Source: an uncultured Spirochaetia bacterium (GTDB lineage: Bacteria > Spirochaetota > UBA4802 > UBA5368). Taken from it: a stretch of DNA of 64,000 nt. Position numbers and translations under genes: made by a program. The notes under the pieces were generated by a model that ran no database searches, was not told the origin of the DNA, and saw nothing but the letters and a program-made list of their open reading frames with translations. Of this stretch, positions 9,547-17,982 are shown one piece after another. The stretch's first letter is position 1. Every line of letters begins with the position of its first letter. Location: positions 13,696-77,695 of the forward strand of contig CALEGE010000029.1 in assembly GCA_937877025.1 (NCBI GenBank). The letters run 5' to 3'.

Positions 9547-10272
9547 ATGAAAAAAAGTCGTATAATGAATGTGACTTTAAAAACGGAAACGAAGAAGTCC
9601 GCGTGGAAAAGAAGGCCGTCCGAGATCAGGGGATATCAGGCTGCGATCTATATGAATACGGAAAGCGGCGACTATCTCCGGGTAGATTACAATCTGCGGG
9701 AGCGGAAGATCCGCGTGTATCTCGAAGATTCCGAGGAAGGCGGAAATCCGTATTATGCCGTCATTACACACGGAAAAATAACCGCGCAACGGAATGCGAC
9801 GTCCGGGCGCGCTTTGGATGTGACGGGGAAAATTAGAAAGCGCGCGGCCCTGTTTGCGACAATATCGAACAAGGAAGTAAAGCAAACGATCTCTACCGCG
9901 TTTGGACTGAAGCAGCAAAAGCCCGAACCCGAAAAGAATGTCGCCAAAAATGAGCGTATAAAGGAAACAAAGCGACGCTATTTTAAAAATGAACAGGCCT
10001 CGTCGCTTGCATCGCAGGCGGGGTCGCTTGTTTCCCCCACGCAGCGCGTTTTTTTCGAATTGGCGGATATCGTGACGGGCGGTCTTCTCGGTTCGTCCGC
10101 CTTTCTCTATTTCAAGAGCTATATTGCGGCCGGTATCGTGTTGGCCGTATTCGGCGTGGCAACCGGTGTTGTGGATATATTTTTGCGGGGGAGGCCGCCA
10201 TCCTTTGTAAAAATGCTGCTTCTCATTATTACCGGCATGGCAAGCTATATTTACGGCTATTATATATATTGA
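9547..10272 (+). CDS. Hypothetical protein with basic N-terminal region and two C-terminal TM helices
   Basis: The ORF-track start (9490) lies inside the upstream terminator hairpin. ATG 9547 (MKKSRIMNV...) is the plausible start. C-terminal hydrophobic helices (GIVLAVFGVATGVV..., MLLLIITGMASYIYGYYIY). Confidence 0.45.
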   Translation: MKKSRIMNVTLKTETKKSAWKRRPSEIRGYQAAIYMNTESGDYLRVDYNLRERKIRVYLEDSEEGGNPYYAVITHGKITAQRNATSGRALDVTGKIRKRAALFATISNKEVKQTISTAFGLKQQKPEPEKNVAKNERIKETKRRYFKNEQASSLASQAGSLVSPTQRVFFELADIVTGGLLGSSAFLYFKSYIAAGIVLAVFGVATGVVDIFLRGRPPSFVKMLLLIITGMASYIYGYYIY

Positions 10273-10359
10273 ATTCCCAATTCGTGATATTTATTTCTTG
10301 AAAACTGCGGCATCCATAATAGACTTAGTACATGCATACTGAATCAGGGGACGGGACAC

Positions 10360-10821
10360 ATGGATAAAACCGAAAAGGCGGCCACAGCGCTTCAGATTGT
10401 CTGTTTTAACGTCGGCAAAGAGGAATATGGCATTGATATTCTCAAGGTGCAGGAAATCCTGAAGCTTCCTAAGATAACCGCATTGCCGAAATCCGCTGAT
10501 TTTATCATGGGAGTTATCGATCTTCGCGGCAAGGTGATACCGATCATCGATCTAAGCAAAAGGTTCCACATTGAAGAGGCCGTAAACAAGAACAGCCTCA
10601 GGGCGATAGTTGTGGATATCCGCGGCAAGAGGGTGGGGCTTGCGATCGATGCGGTGAGCCATGTAATCAAGGTAGAGCAAAAAGACATTGAGCCTCCTCC
10701 TCCAATCGTCAAGGGTATCTCCGGCAGATATATAACCGGCATTGGAAAATTGCAGGACGGATTTGTCATTATCCTGGATATCGATCAGATTTTTTCGTCC
10801 GAGGAGTTCAGTGCGTTATAG
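10360..10821 (+). CDS. cheW: Chemotaxis coupling protein CheW
   Basis: CheW domain (EYGIDILKVQEIL..., GVIDLRGKVIPIIDL). Confidence 0.9.
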   Translation: MDKTEKAATALQIVCFNVGKEEYGIDILKVQEILKLPKITALPKSADFIMGVIDLRGKVIPIIDLSKRFHIEEAVNKNSLRAIVVDIRGKRVGLAIDAVSHVIKVEQKDIEPPPPIVKGISGRYITGIGKLQDGFVIILDIDQIFSSEEFSAL

Positions 10822-12011
10822 ACCGGTTTTTTTCCGGACTTCCTGGCGGCTTCGTTGATTATTTCCTTGAGCGGGATGTTTTTTAATTCGGAGATTCTTT
10901 TGCAATCCTCATATTCAGGCTGTATATTGACGGGCTCTCCGTTGAGATAGCCTGTTTTTATCCTCACTTCCTCGTCGAATACCCTGACGGTGCTGAAACC
11001 GCGCTCCAGTTTTTCGCGGACAACAGGAGAAACTCGCGTTCCGAGTGTCGTTGTTTCCCTGTATATCAGATCTTTAATCCTGTCGAGCGACTCGTTTGGT
11101 GCGATAACCGTAATGAGCGTACCTGGCCGGCCTTTTTTCATTATAACAGGAGTGAGATACGCATCAAGCGCGCCTCGCTGAAAAAGAAGCTCGATAACGT
11201 GCGGATATATCTGAGGATTCATGTCGTCGACGTTGCATTCCAGCAGCACTATGTCGCTCTCCGCGCGGGGTTCGGTTTCGGCCAGCATTGCCCGGGTGTA
11301 GCTGGGATATGTGTAGCTGCGCGTTCCGAATCCTGTTCCCGATTGCAGCAGGGTAAAGCTCATGGGGGCGCGCATCTGCTTGCCGAGCGCTGTGAGTATG
11401 GCGGCGGCGGTCGGTGTGGTCTGCTCGCCGTCCCTGCCGCTCCATACCGCAGTGTAATTTCGTGTCAGTTGCACAACAGCGGGTGCCGGAAGGGGCAATT
11501 CTCCGTGCTGCGATTGTACGGTGCCGCTTCCGAAACAGAATTCGTTGAAATAGAATTTTTCAACGCCAAGGAGATCAAGCGCCGCGCAGAACCCGGTTAT
11601 ATCGATGATGGAGTCGACGGCGCCGACTTCATGAAAGTGCACCTTGTCGGCGGAAAGCCCATGCACCCCGGCCTCCGCCTTGGCGAGCCGTGTGAAGACG
11701 GCAATGCTTTTGTTCCGTATGGATTCGGGAAGCGGGCTTTTCTCGATGATGCCGGTGATGTCGGAAAGCGTTCGATGCACCGGCCCTTCTGTGCACGAAA
11801 TACGGGCGGAGGTGCCGCAAATCCCGTATTTCACCTCCCGAACCGGCGACATATCCCAGCCGTCGAGGCCGAGCTTTTCCAGTTCGCGTCTCAGCGCGTT
11901 CACGTCGAGGCCCAGATCAATTAACGAGCCCAGCAGCATGTCGCCCGACGCGCCGAGCCGAATGTCGAATATCACCGATCGGTTCATTGCGCGAGTTTCC
12001 GTGCCGTACAA
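10785..12011 (-). CDS. larC: LarC-like nickel-pincer cofactor nickel insertase (DUF111)
   Basis: N-terminal IFDIRLGASGDMLLGSLIDLGL motif and ~400-aa length typical of LarC. Overlaps larB's 3' end. Confidence 0.8.
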   Translation of the reverse strand: MYGTETRAMNRSVIFDIRLGASGDMLLGSLIDLGLDVNALRRELEKLGLDGWDMSPVREVKYGICGTSARISCTEGPVHRTLSDITGIIEKSPLPESIRNKSIAVFTRLAKAEAGVHGLSADKVHFHEVGAVDSIIDITGFCAALDLLGVEKFYFNEFCFGSGTVQSQHGELPLPAPAVVQLTRNYTAVWSGRDGEQTTPTAAAILTALGKQMRAPMSFTLLQSGTGFGTRSYTYPSYTRAMLAETEPRAESDIVLLECNVDDMNPQIYPHVIELLFQRGALDAYLTPVIMKKGRPGTLITVIAPNESLDRIKDLIYRETTTLGTRVSPVVREKLERGFSTVRVFDEEVRIKTGYLNGEPVNIQPEYEDCKRISELKNIPLKEIINEAARKSGKKPVYNALNSSDEKI

Positions 12012-12748
12012 AGAATTTTATATGCGAGAAAGGCGGCGCCGAACCCGTTGTCGATGTTCATCACTGCGACGCCCGGTACGCACGAATTGAGCATGCTGAG
12101 AAGGGCGGCGATTCCCTCGAATGACGCCCCGTAGCCGTTCGATGTCGGTACGGCTACGACCGGCGACTGCACAAGCCCCGCGATAACCGTCGCGAGCGCG
12201 CCCTCCATCCCCGCGATGACGATAACGACCGCGGCCGACGCTATTTCGTCCCTGTAATGCATTACCCTGTGAATTCCCGCGACGCCGATGTCGTGCAGCA
12301 GCTCTGCGTCAAGGCCGAGCATTTTCGCGGTTTCGCCAGCCTCCTCCGCGACCGGCATGTCGGACGTGCCGGCGGTGACGATCAGCACCTTCCCTTCAAC
12401 CGGCGCGATATCATGGTTGATGAACGTGATGGTGCGCCCCGCCGCGTTGTAGTGCGCACCGGGGCAGACGGCGAGGATCGCGCCGTATGCCTCGCGGTTA
12501 GCCCTCGTCGCGAGAAGGTTGGAGCCGCGGTCGAGTATCGCCCGCGCTATGGCGGTTATCTGGTCGGGCGTTTTCCCCTGGCAGAATATTACCTCGGGGA
12601 AACCCCAGCGGATCTCGCGGTGATGGTCAATTTTCGCGTAAAGAATGTCCTCGAACGGCAGGTTTTCGATATAGCGCAGAAGCTCATCCTCGGGCAGGTC
12701 GTTGTTTTTGAATCGCCCGAGCAATTCTTTCAGTTTTTCTCTTTCCAT
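11984..12748 (-). CDS. larB: LarB-like PurE-family carboxylase/hydrolase (P2CMN synthase)
   Basis: PurE/NCAIR-mutase-like core (VIAGMEGALATVIAGL, AGTSDMPVAEEA) with an ~100-aa N-terminal extension, as in LarB. Confidence 0.75.
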   Translation of the reverse strand: MEREKLKELLGRFKNNDLPEDELLRYIENLPFEDILYAKIDHHREIRWGFPEVIFCQGKTPDQITAIARAILDRGSNLLATRANREAYGAILAVCPGAHYNAAGRTITFINHDIAPVEGKVLIVTAGTSDMPVAEEAGETAKMLGLDAELLHDIGVAGIHRVMHYRDEIASAAVVIVIAGMEGALATVIAGLVQSPVVAVPTSNGYGASFEGIAALLSMLNSCVPGVAVMNIDNGFGAAFLAYKILCTARKLAQ

Positions 12749-12751
12749 TGG

Positions 12752-13924
12752 TCAGTATGCCGCGATCAGTATTGTTTCCATTTCGTCCCTGGTCAGGGGG
12801 CGCGGGGCGTTTTCTATAAACGGGTACGTAAGGGCGATCTCCGCCACGCGTGAAAATTCGGACTTCCCGATGTCGAACAGCGACAGCCGCTGCGGTATGT
12901 CGATGTCGATTTCCAGCTTTCGTACGCCCTCGACCGCCTTGATCGCGGCCTCGATAACGGTGATCTCCTTTACGTCCTCGTCCATAACCTTCGACATCTG
13001 TACGTATTTGCCCGGCGATGAGGTGAGGTTGTATTCCATGATATGCGGCAATATGACGCCCATTGCGTGCGTGACAGGTATGCTGGTGCGCGATGACAGC
13101 GCCAGCGACAGCGCAAGCGTTATCGAGAGGTTTGCGACCGAAAACGCAACGCCCGACATCACCGACGCGAGCGCAAGCTGTGCGCGCGCCGCCGTGTTCT
13201 GCGGCTCCCTGAAGGCGACAGGGAGATTTTTAAAAATGAGGTCAATGGATTTCAGGGCATAGGTGTTGATCATGCCGTTGTTGATTTTCGATATTACCGA
13301 CTCTGTGGCGAGGGCGAGGCTGCCGACGCTGCTGTAGGCCGTCGATTCGTCATCGATGATGGTCGCTATCTGGGGGTCGATGATAGAGGCCTTCGGAAAC
13401 AGGTATTTATGCGCATACACATTCTTCATCCGGTACTGAATCTCGTCGACATACAGCATCGGAAGGATTTCAAAACCGACCGACGGATATGCGGGTATGG
13501 TGACAAGGTTGACCGGCGGGCTGACCTCGGGGTGTTCGAACAGGTTTTCGCAGAAAAGATAATTGTTCATGAGTAAGGCGACCGCTTTTGCCGCGTTCAT
13601 CGATTCTATGCCGCCGAACCCGATGATCATATCGCAGTGCGTTTTTTTCGCGAAATAGACCGCCGAGTCAATATACTCTGTATCGGGCGTGGCGCTCATT
13701 TCATCGTAAATAATGAAACCGAGCGAGGATTTCGCGATGCTGCGGGATATCTTTTCGATGGCGTCGGAAAATTTTGCGAGGTCCTGGTCGGTGGTTATCA
13801 GTACGGCGCGCGAACCGAAATTTTTTAATATTCCGCCCGCCTCGTTAATGATGTCCTGCTTTAGATAGATTTCGCTTGGCAGATGGAAATCGGGGATAAC
13901 TTCTTTTTTTAACGCTGTCGTCAT
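12752..13924 (-). CDS. Iron-containing alcohol dehydrogenase-family protein (divergent)
   Basis: Fe-ADH/DHQS-like fold with a variant GGGS dinucleotide motif (IGFGGIESMNAAKAV). Starts 8 nt after the flgM terminator T-tract and ends 4 nt before larB, so it looks co-transcribed with larB-larC. Confidence 0.7.
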   Translation of the reverse strand: MTTALKKEVIPDFHLPSEIYLKQDIINEAGGILKNFGSRAVLITTDQDLAKFSDAIEKISRSIAKSSLGFIIYDEMSATPDTEYIDSAVYFAKKTHCDMIIGFGGIESMNAAKAVALLMNNYLFCENLFEHPEVSPPVNLVTIPAYPSVGFEILPMLYVDEIQYRMKNVYAHKYLFPKASIIDPQIATIIDDESTAYSSVGSLALATESVISKINNGMINTYALKSIDLIFKNLPVAFREPQNTAARAQLALASVMSGVAFSVANLSITLALSLALSSRTSIPVTHAMGVILPHIMEYNLTSSPGKYVQMSKVMDEDVKEITVIEAAIKAVEGVRKLEIDIDIPQRLSLFDIGKSEFSRVAEIALTYPFIENAPRPLTRDEMETILIAAY

Positions 13925-13930
13925 GTACGG

Positions 13931-13967
13931 GTATAAAAAAAGCGGATGTTCTTTCTCTCCGCTTTTT
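13931..13967 (-). terminator. Rho-independent terminator downstream of flgM
   Basis: On the minus strand: AAAAAGCGGA-GAGAAAGAACA-TCCGCTTTTT followed by TTTTTTAT. Confidence 0.6.
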
Positions 13968-13994
13968 CCTTCAATTTGATATTATAAATTAGAG

Positions 13995-14291
13995 CTATTT
14001 GCGCAATAAGCTGTTCGCAATTTTATCGGCAACCATTTCAAGCACCTTGTCGTCACTGAATTTGTCGTAGGTGCCCGCCTGGATCTGCTCCTTGATTTCC
14101 CTCACCCTTTCCATGCGGATGTCCGGCGTCTCTTTTACTATCTGGGTATAGCGCGCAACCTCGGCCGCTACCTTGCCTTCTGTGGAAATTTGTATCGAAT
14201 CGCTTTTGCCGCTTTCCTTTGCCCTGGATACGGATTTCGAATTCTTCGTTTCGGTGATGTTATGTATGTTTCCTATCTTGTCGATAACCAT
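13995..14291 (-). CDS. flgM: Anti-sigma-28 factor FlgM
   Basis: 98 aa. C-terminal FlgM-like helices (RMERVREIKEQIQAGTYDKFSDDKVLEMVADKI). Preceded by a sigma-28 consensus promoter. Confidence 0.7.
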   Translation of the reverse strand: MVIDKIGNIHNITETKNSKSVSRAKESGKSDSIQISTEGKVAAEVARYTQIVKETPDIRMERVREIKEQIQAGTYDKFSDDKVLEMVADKIANSLLRK

Positions 14292-14321
14292 CTGTTGTAA
14301 TCCTCCGCTAATCTATTTTCA

Positions 14322-14348
14322 TTATCGGAATTATTTGTCAAATCTTTA
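14322..14348 (-). promoter_or_regulatory. Sigma-28 (FliA) class promoter upstream of flgM
   Basis: Minus strand reads TAAA-N15-tCCGATAA (consensus TAAA-N15-GCCGATAA), about 30 nt upstream of the flgM ATG, with a GGAGG SD in between. Confidence 0.55.
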
Positions 14349-14458
14349 ATCAATATCGTGCATTGTCATCCGGAATATACATAAATTTTACTGGTAGAGC
14401 AAGTATAATTTTGTAAAATTTGTCAGATAGTTACGGACAGGCATTATGTTAAAACTGA

Positions 14459-15157
14459 TCAATCGCGTTTTTTGCCGCGGTACAGTGCAATCGCGAACTC
14501 GCCACGCTCAATTAGGGAGTCCAGCGATTCGTATATCTCCCGCACGCTTCCCCGCCTGATCTCTTCGTATAGTTTGGATATTTCGCGGCCAATGACTATG
14601 CTGGCGTCGGGGACCAGATCGTTCAGGATCGTTATCAGCTTCTTTATGCGGTATGGCGATTCGTATATCACCAATATGCCGTCGAATTCGAGGAGGTGTT
14701 CTATCTCGCGCTTCTTTTTCCCGTCTTTTTTGGAGAGAAATCCGGCGAAAAGTATGTTTTTCTCGGGAAATCCCGCGACGGAGGCGATTGCCGTGAGGGC
14801 TGACGGGCCGGGAACCGGAATCACGGGAATATGATGTTCGAACGCGGCATGGACCAGCCTGCCGCCCGGGTCTGACACGCCGGGTGTGCCCGAATCGGTG
14901 AGGTACGCGATTGAGGTGCCGTCGAGAAGCAGATTGACCGCACGGAGGACCTTTTCGTCCGAGGAGTGGGCGTGCAGCGACTGCAATGGGAGTGATATCC
15001 CATAATGCCTGAGCAGCTTTGCTGTCTGACGCGTATCCTCGCAGTATGCGTACTGCGCCTCCTCTTTGAGAATCCGAAGCGCACGGAGGGTGATATCCTC
15101 CATATTGCCGATAGGCGAGGCGATGATATACAGTGTTCCCGGTTTGTGTGATGCCAT
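14459..15157 (-). CDS. rsmI: 16S rRNA 2'-O-methyltransferase RsmI (tetrapyrrole-methylase fold)
   Basis: LYIIASPIGNMEDITLRALRIL...YCEDTRQTAKLL and the remaining RsmI motifs. Confidence 0.85.
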   Translation of the reverse strand: MASHKPGTLYIIASPIGNMEDITLRALRILKEEAQYAYCEDTRQTAKLLRHYGISLPLQSLHAHSSDEKVLRAVNLLLDGTSIAYLTDSGTPGVSDPGGRLVHAAFEHHIPVIPVPGPSALTAIASVAGFPEKNILFAGFLSKKDGKKKREIEHLLEFDGILVIYESPYRIKKLITILNDLVPDASIVIGREISKLYEEIRRGSVREIYESLDSLIERGEFAIALYRGKKRD

Positions 15158-15204
15158 GACCAGATTCTCTCCAGGTGCAAAATTATGGGCGGCTCGCGAA
15201 ATGA

Positions 15205-16152
15205 CTACAGCGAGTCAAGTATCGCGAAAACGTCGGCAACCGCCGATGCCTTCAGCAGTTCGGTACGCACTTTCGCGGCGTTATCGAAACCGTGTATATA
15301 TTTTACGCAGTGCTTACGCATCAGGATGATGCCATAGTCGCCGTAAAAATCGACCATGAGCTCCAGGTGTGTTTTCATGATGCCGATTATATCGCCCAGC
15401 GCAGGCGCCTCATTGCCGAAAATCCATGGATTGCCGACGGACGCACGGCCGATCATGACAGCCCGGCAGCCCGACGATCCAAGCCTGTAGAGCGCGTCTT
15501 CATGCGAGCGGATGTCGCCGTTGCCGATGACCGGCAGGCTGCTGTTTTGCGCGATCTGCGCTATGATATCCCAGTCGGCGAGGCCCGAAAATTTCTGCGC
15601 CCTGGTGCGGCCGTGCACGGAAATGAACGCCACGCCGGAGTTTTCGAGCGCATGCACTATGTCGGTGTAGTTTTTATGTTGATCGTCCCATCCGATCCGG
15701 ATTTTTACCGACACGGGGATTGTTACGGCGCGGGCGACCGCCGATGCGAGTGATTCTATTATTGCCGGGTCTTTCAGCAATGTCGCGCCCCCCCCGCCTG
15801 CGCATACCTTCGGCGCGCAGCAGCCCATATTGATGTCGATGAAATCCGGCCCAAGCTCAGCCGCCTTTCGCGCCGCTTCCGCCATCACGTCTGCATTACG
15901 TCCGAATATCTGGATGCCGATGGGGTGCTCTTCCGTCGTAAAACGCAAAAGATCCATCGTTTTTTGCTGGTTGCGGGCGATTCCCTCGGCGGAAATGAGC
16001 TCGCTGACGACCATGCCGGCTCCCATACGCCGCGCGATGCGCCGGGCGGGCGAATCGGTATATCCCGCCATCGGGGCTAACACAAGCGGGCTGTCAATGC
16101 GCAGCGGTCCCAGTGTTGTTTCGGTTGAATTCATATCGCGTATCATCAGCAC
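15205..16152 (-). CDS. dus: tRNA-dihydrouridine synthase
   Basis: LAPMAGYTD...FR, catalytic Cys region (INMGCCAPKV), TIM-barrel Dus family. Confidence 0.9.
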   Translation of the reverse strand: MLMIRDMNSTETTLGPLRIDSPLVLAPMAGYTDSPARRIARRMGAGMVVSELISAEGIARNQQKTMDLLRFTTEEHPIGIQIFGRNADVMAEAARKAAELGPDFIDINMGCCAPKVCAGGGGATLLKDPAIIESLASAVARAVTIPVSVKIRIGWDDQHKNYTDIVHALENSGVAFISVHGRTRAQKFSGLADWDIIAQIAQNSSLPVIGNGDIRSHEDALYRLGSSGCRAVMIGRASVGNPWIFGNEAPALGDIIGIMKTHLELMVDFYGDYGIILMRKHCVKYIHGFDNAAKVRTELLKASAVADVFAILDSL

Positions 16153-16285
16153 ATCACAGATAATGGCATTGCCCCTGTAAGCTCAACACAAATATGCGGG
16201 TGGTGGAATTTTTCTTGGGGGCTGTCGTCGTGCGCGTTTTCCGCCGGCATCCGACACGGTATCGGCAAGGCCGCACAGCGTGGGT

Positions 16286-16336
16286 GAGTGAGTATTCAAT
16301 CATTTATGAATGAATGCTCACTCAATTTTGTTTATT
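16286..16336 (+). terminator. Orphan intrinsic terminator (possible 3' end of an sRNA) in the dus/AOS divergent intergenic region
   Basis: 13-bp stem GAGTGAGTATTCA / TGAATGCTCACTC (one G.U), 12-nt loop, then AATTTTGTTTATT. Oriented + strand, with no + strand CDS upstream (dus is on -). Confidence 0.5.
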
Positions 16337-16526
16337 ATTAATAATTACAATATTGATATATAATTTTATAACATTTTCAATATTTTGATTGATTTATTTC
16401 TTTCCATGAATATACTGCCGCGCGTATGTGACCCGGCTGAAAATTAATCACTATAAAAAGGACGAAGCCCTCCGTCTCCACTGGCGGACGACTTCTCGCC
16501 ACGTAATATTCAAAGGAGAAAATTAA

Positions 16527-17732
16527 ATGGATCTTTTCGATAAGTGTTACTCTTTCACCAGGGCCGACGAGGTTCGGGCGATAGGGTACTACCCTTATTT
16601 TTACCCCATCTATGAAAACGACGGGCCCATTGTCTTCATAAACGGACAACGCACCATAATGGCTGGATCGAACAACTATCTTGGGCTCACCACCGATCCC
16701 CGTGTAAAGGAAGCGGCAATTGCGGCAATCAGAAAATACGGTTCCGGATGCTCCGGTTCGCGCCTGCTTAACGGTACGCTTGACATCCATGTCGAGCTCG
16801 AGGAAGCGCTTGCCGATTTCGTCGGCAAGGAGGCGGCCCTGCTCTTCAGTACCGGCTTCCAGACCAACCAGGGCGCCATTGTCCCCATGATAGGCGACGG
16901 CGATTTTATCATTTCCGACAGCGAAAACCATTCCAGTATTATACAGGGTACGTTGATTGCGAAGGGCCGCGTCGGCGCCGGCGTGCTTGTTAAATACGAA
17001 CATAACGACATGGCCGATCTCGAAAAAAAGATATCGGCCCTGCCGCTTGACGCCGGCAAGCTGTTGGTCACCGATGGCGTGTTCAGCATGAGCGGCGACA
17101 TAGTGAACCTTCCGGAAGTGGTCCGGATTGCGAAAAAGTACAATGCCCGCGTGATGGTTGATGACGCTCATGGTCTTGGCGTGCTTGGAAAAGGCGGGCG
17201 GGGAACGGCGAGCCATTTCGGGCTTGACGACCAGGTTGACCTCATCATGGGCACCTTCAGCAAAAGCCTCGCGTCGCTCGGCGGGTATATCGCCGCGGAA
17301 AAAAAGGTTATAGAATACCTCAAGCACCATTCCCCGGCCTGCATATTCAGCGCCAGTATGACGCCCGCGCAAGTCGCCGCCGCTCGCGCCGCCCTCGAAA
17401 TCGTCAAGAACGAGCCCGAGATTGTTCAGCGCGTCCATGACAACGCCAATCGCGTACGGAACGGGCTCAAGGAGACCGGCCTGCGGGTCATTGACGCCGA
17501 AACGCCGATCGTATCGATCGTTATTGGCGACGATATGCTCACCTTCATGTTCTGGCGTAAACTTTTCGATGGCGGGGTGTTTAACAATCCGATCATCTTC
17601 CCTGCGACACCGCAGGGCATGCAACTCATACGCATGAGCTTCATGGCAAGCCACGAGGACTGGCAGCTCGATTTCGTCATTGAGCAATGTGAAAAGATAG
17701 CGCGCGAGATCGGTCTGCTTAACGCCAGTTGA
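16527..17732 (+). CDS. PLP-dependent alpha-oxoamine synthase family enzyme (BioF/Kbl/serine-palmitoyltransferase-like)
   Basis: PLP lysine motif GTFSKSLASLGG. Family-typical HGLG and DDAHG segments. SD AAAGGAG. Confidence 0.85.
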   Translation: MDLFDKCYSFTRADEVRAIGYYPYFYPIYENDGPIVFINGQRTIMAGSNNYLGLTTDPRVKEAAIAAIRKYGSGCSGSRLLNGTLDIHVELEEALADFVGKEAALLFSTGFQTNQGAIVPMIGDGDFIISDSENHSSIIQGTLIAKGRVGAGVLVKYEHNDMADLEKKISALPLDAGKLLVTDGVFSMSGDIVNLPEVVRIAKKYNARVMVDDAHGLGVLGKGGRGTASHFGLDDQVDLIMGTFSKSLASLGGYIAAEKKVIEYLKHHSPACIFSASMTPAQVAAARAALEIVKNEPEIVQRVHDNANRVRNGLKETGLRVIDAETPIVSIVIGDDMLTFMFWRKLFDGGVFNNPIIFPATPQGMQLIRMSFMASHEDWQLDFVIEQCEKIAREIGLLNAS

Positions 17733-17982
17733 TTTTTTCGAAAAACCCCCGTTGTACGGTGTTCGGCCTCCGGCTGAACACCGTGTGGCTTGTGTTAAAA
17801 TTCAAACCCATCCCGTTATAAAGATAAATTGCCGTACCCGAGTAATTTTTATATGACATGCGGTATTTACCTCATTTTACTGTGCAGGCGGGGATGGCGG
17901 TGATATTCTGATTATAGCGCCGTTGTTTCGGGCCGATAGTATACGTAATGCAACCAGCAAAAACGTGAGATTAAAGATTACC

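Noticed and set aside
11199-12853. + strand ORFs (241 aa, 198 aa, 148 aa) overlapping larC/larB
   Set aside because: LarC and LarB signatures on the minus strand are strong. The + strand ORFs are Gly/Arg-rich shadows.
16377-17687. 436-aa ORF on the minus strand antisense to the alpha-oxoamine synthase gene
   Set aside because: The + strand product has unmistakable PLP/AOS motifs. The minus-strand translation is compositionally odd (R/H/G-rich) with no family resemblance. It is a typical high-GC shadow ORF.
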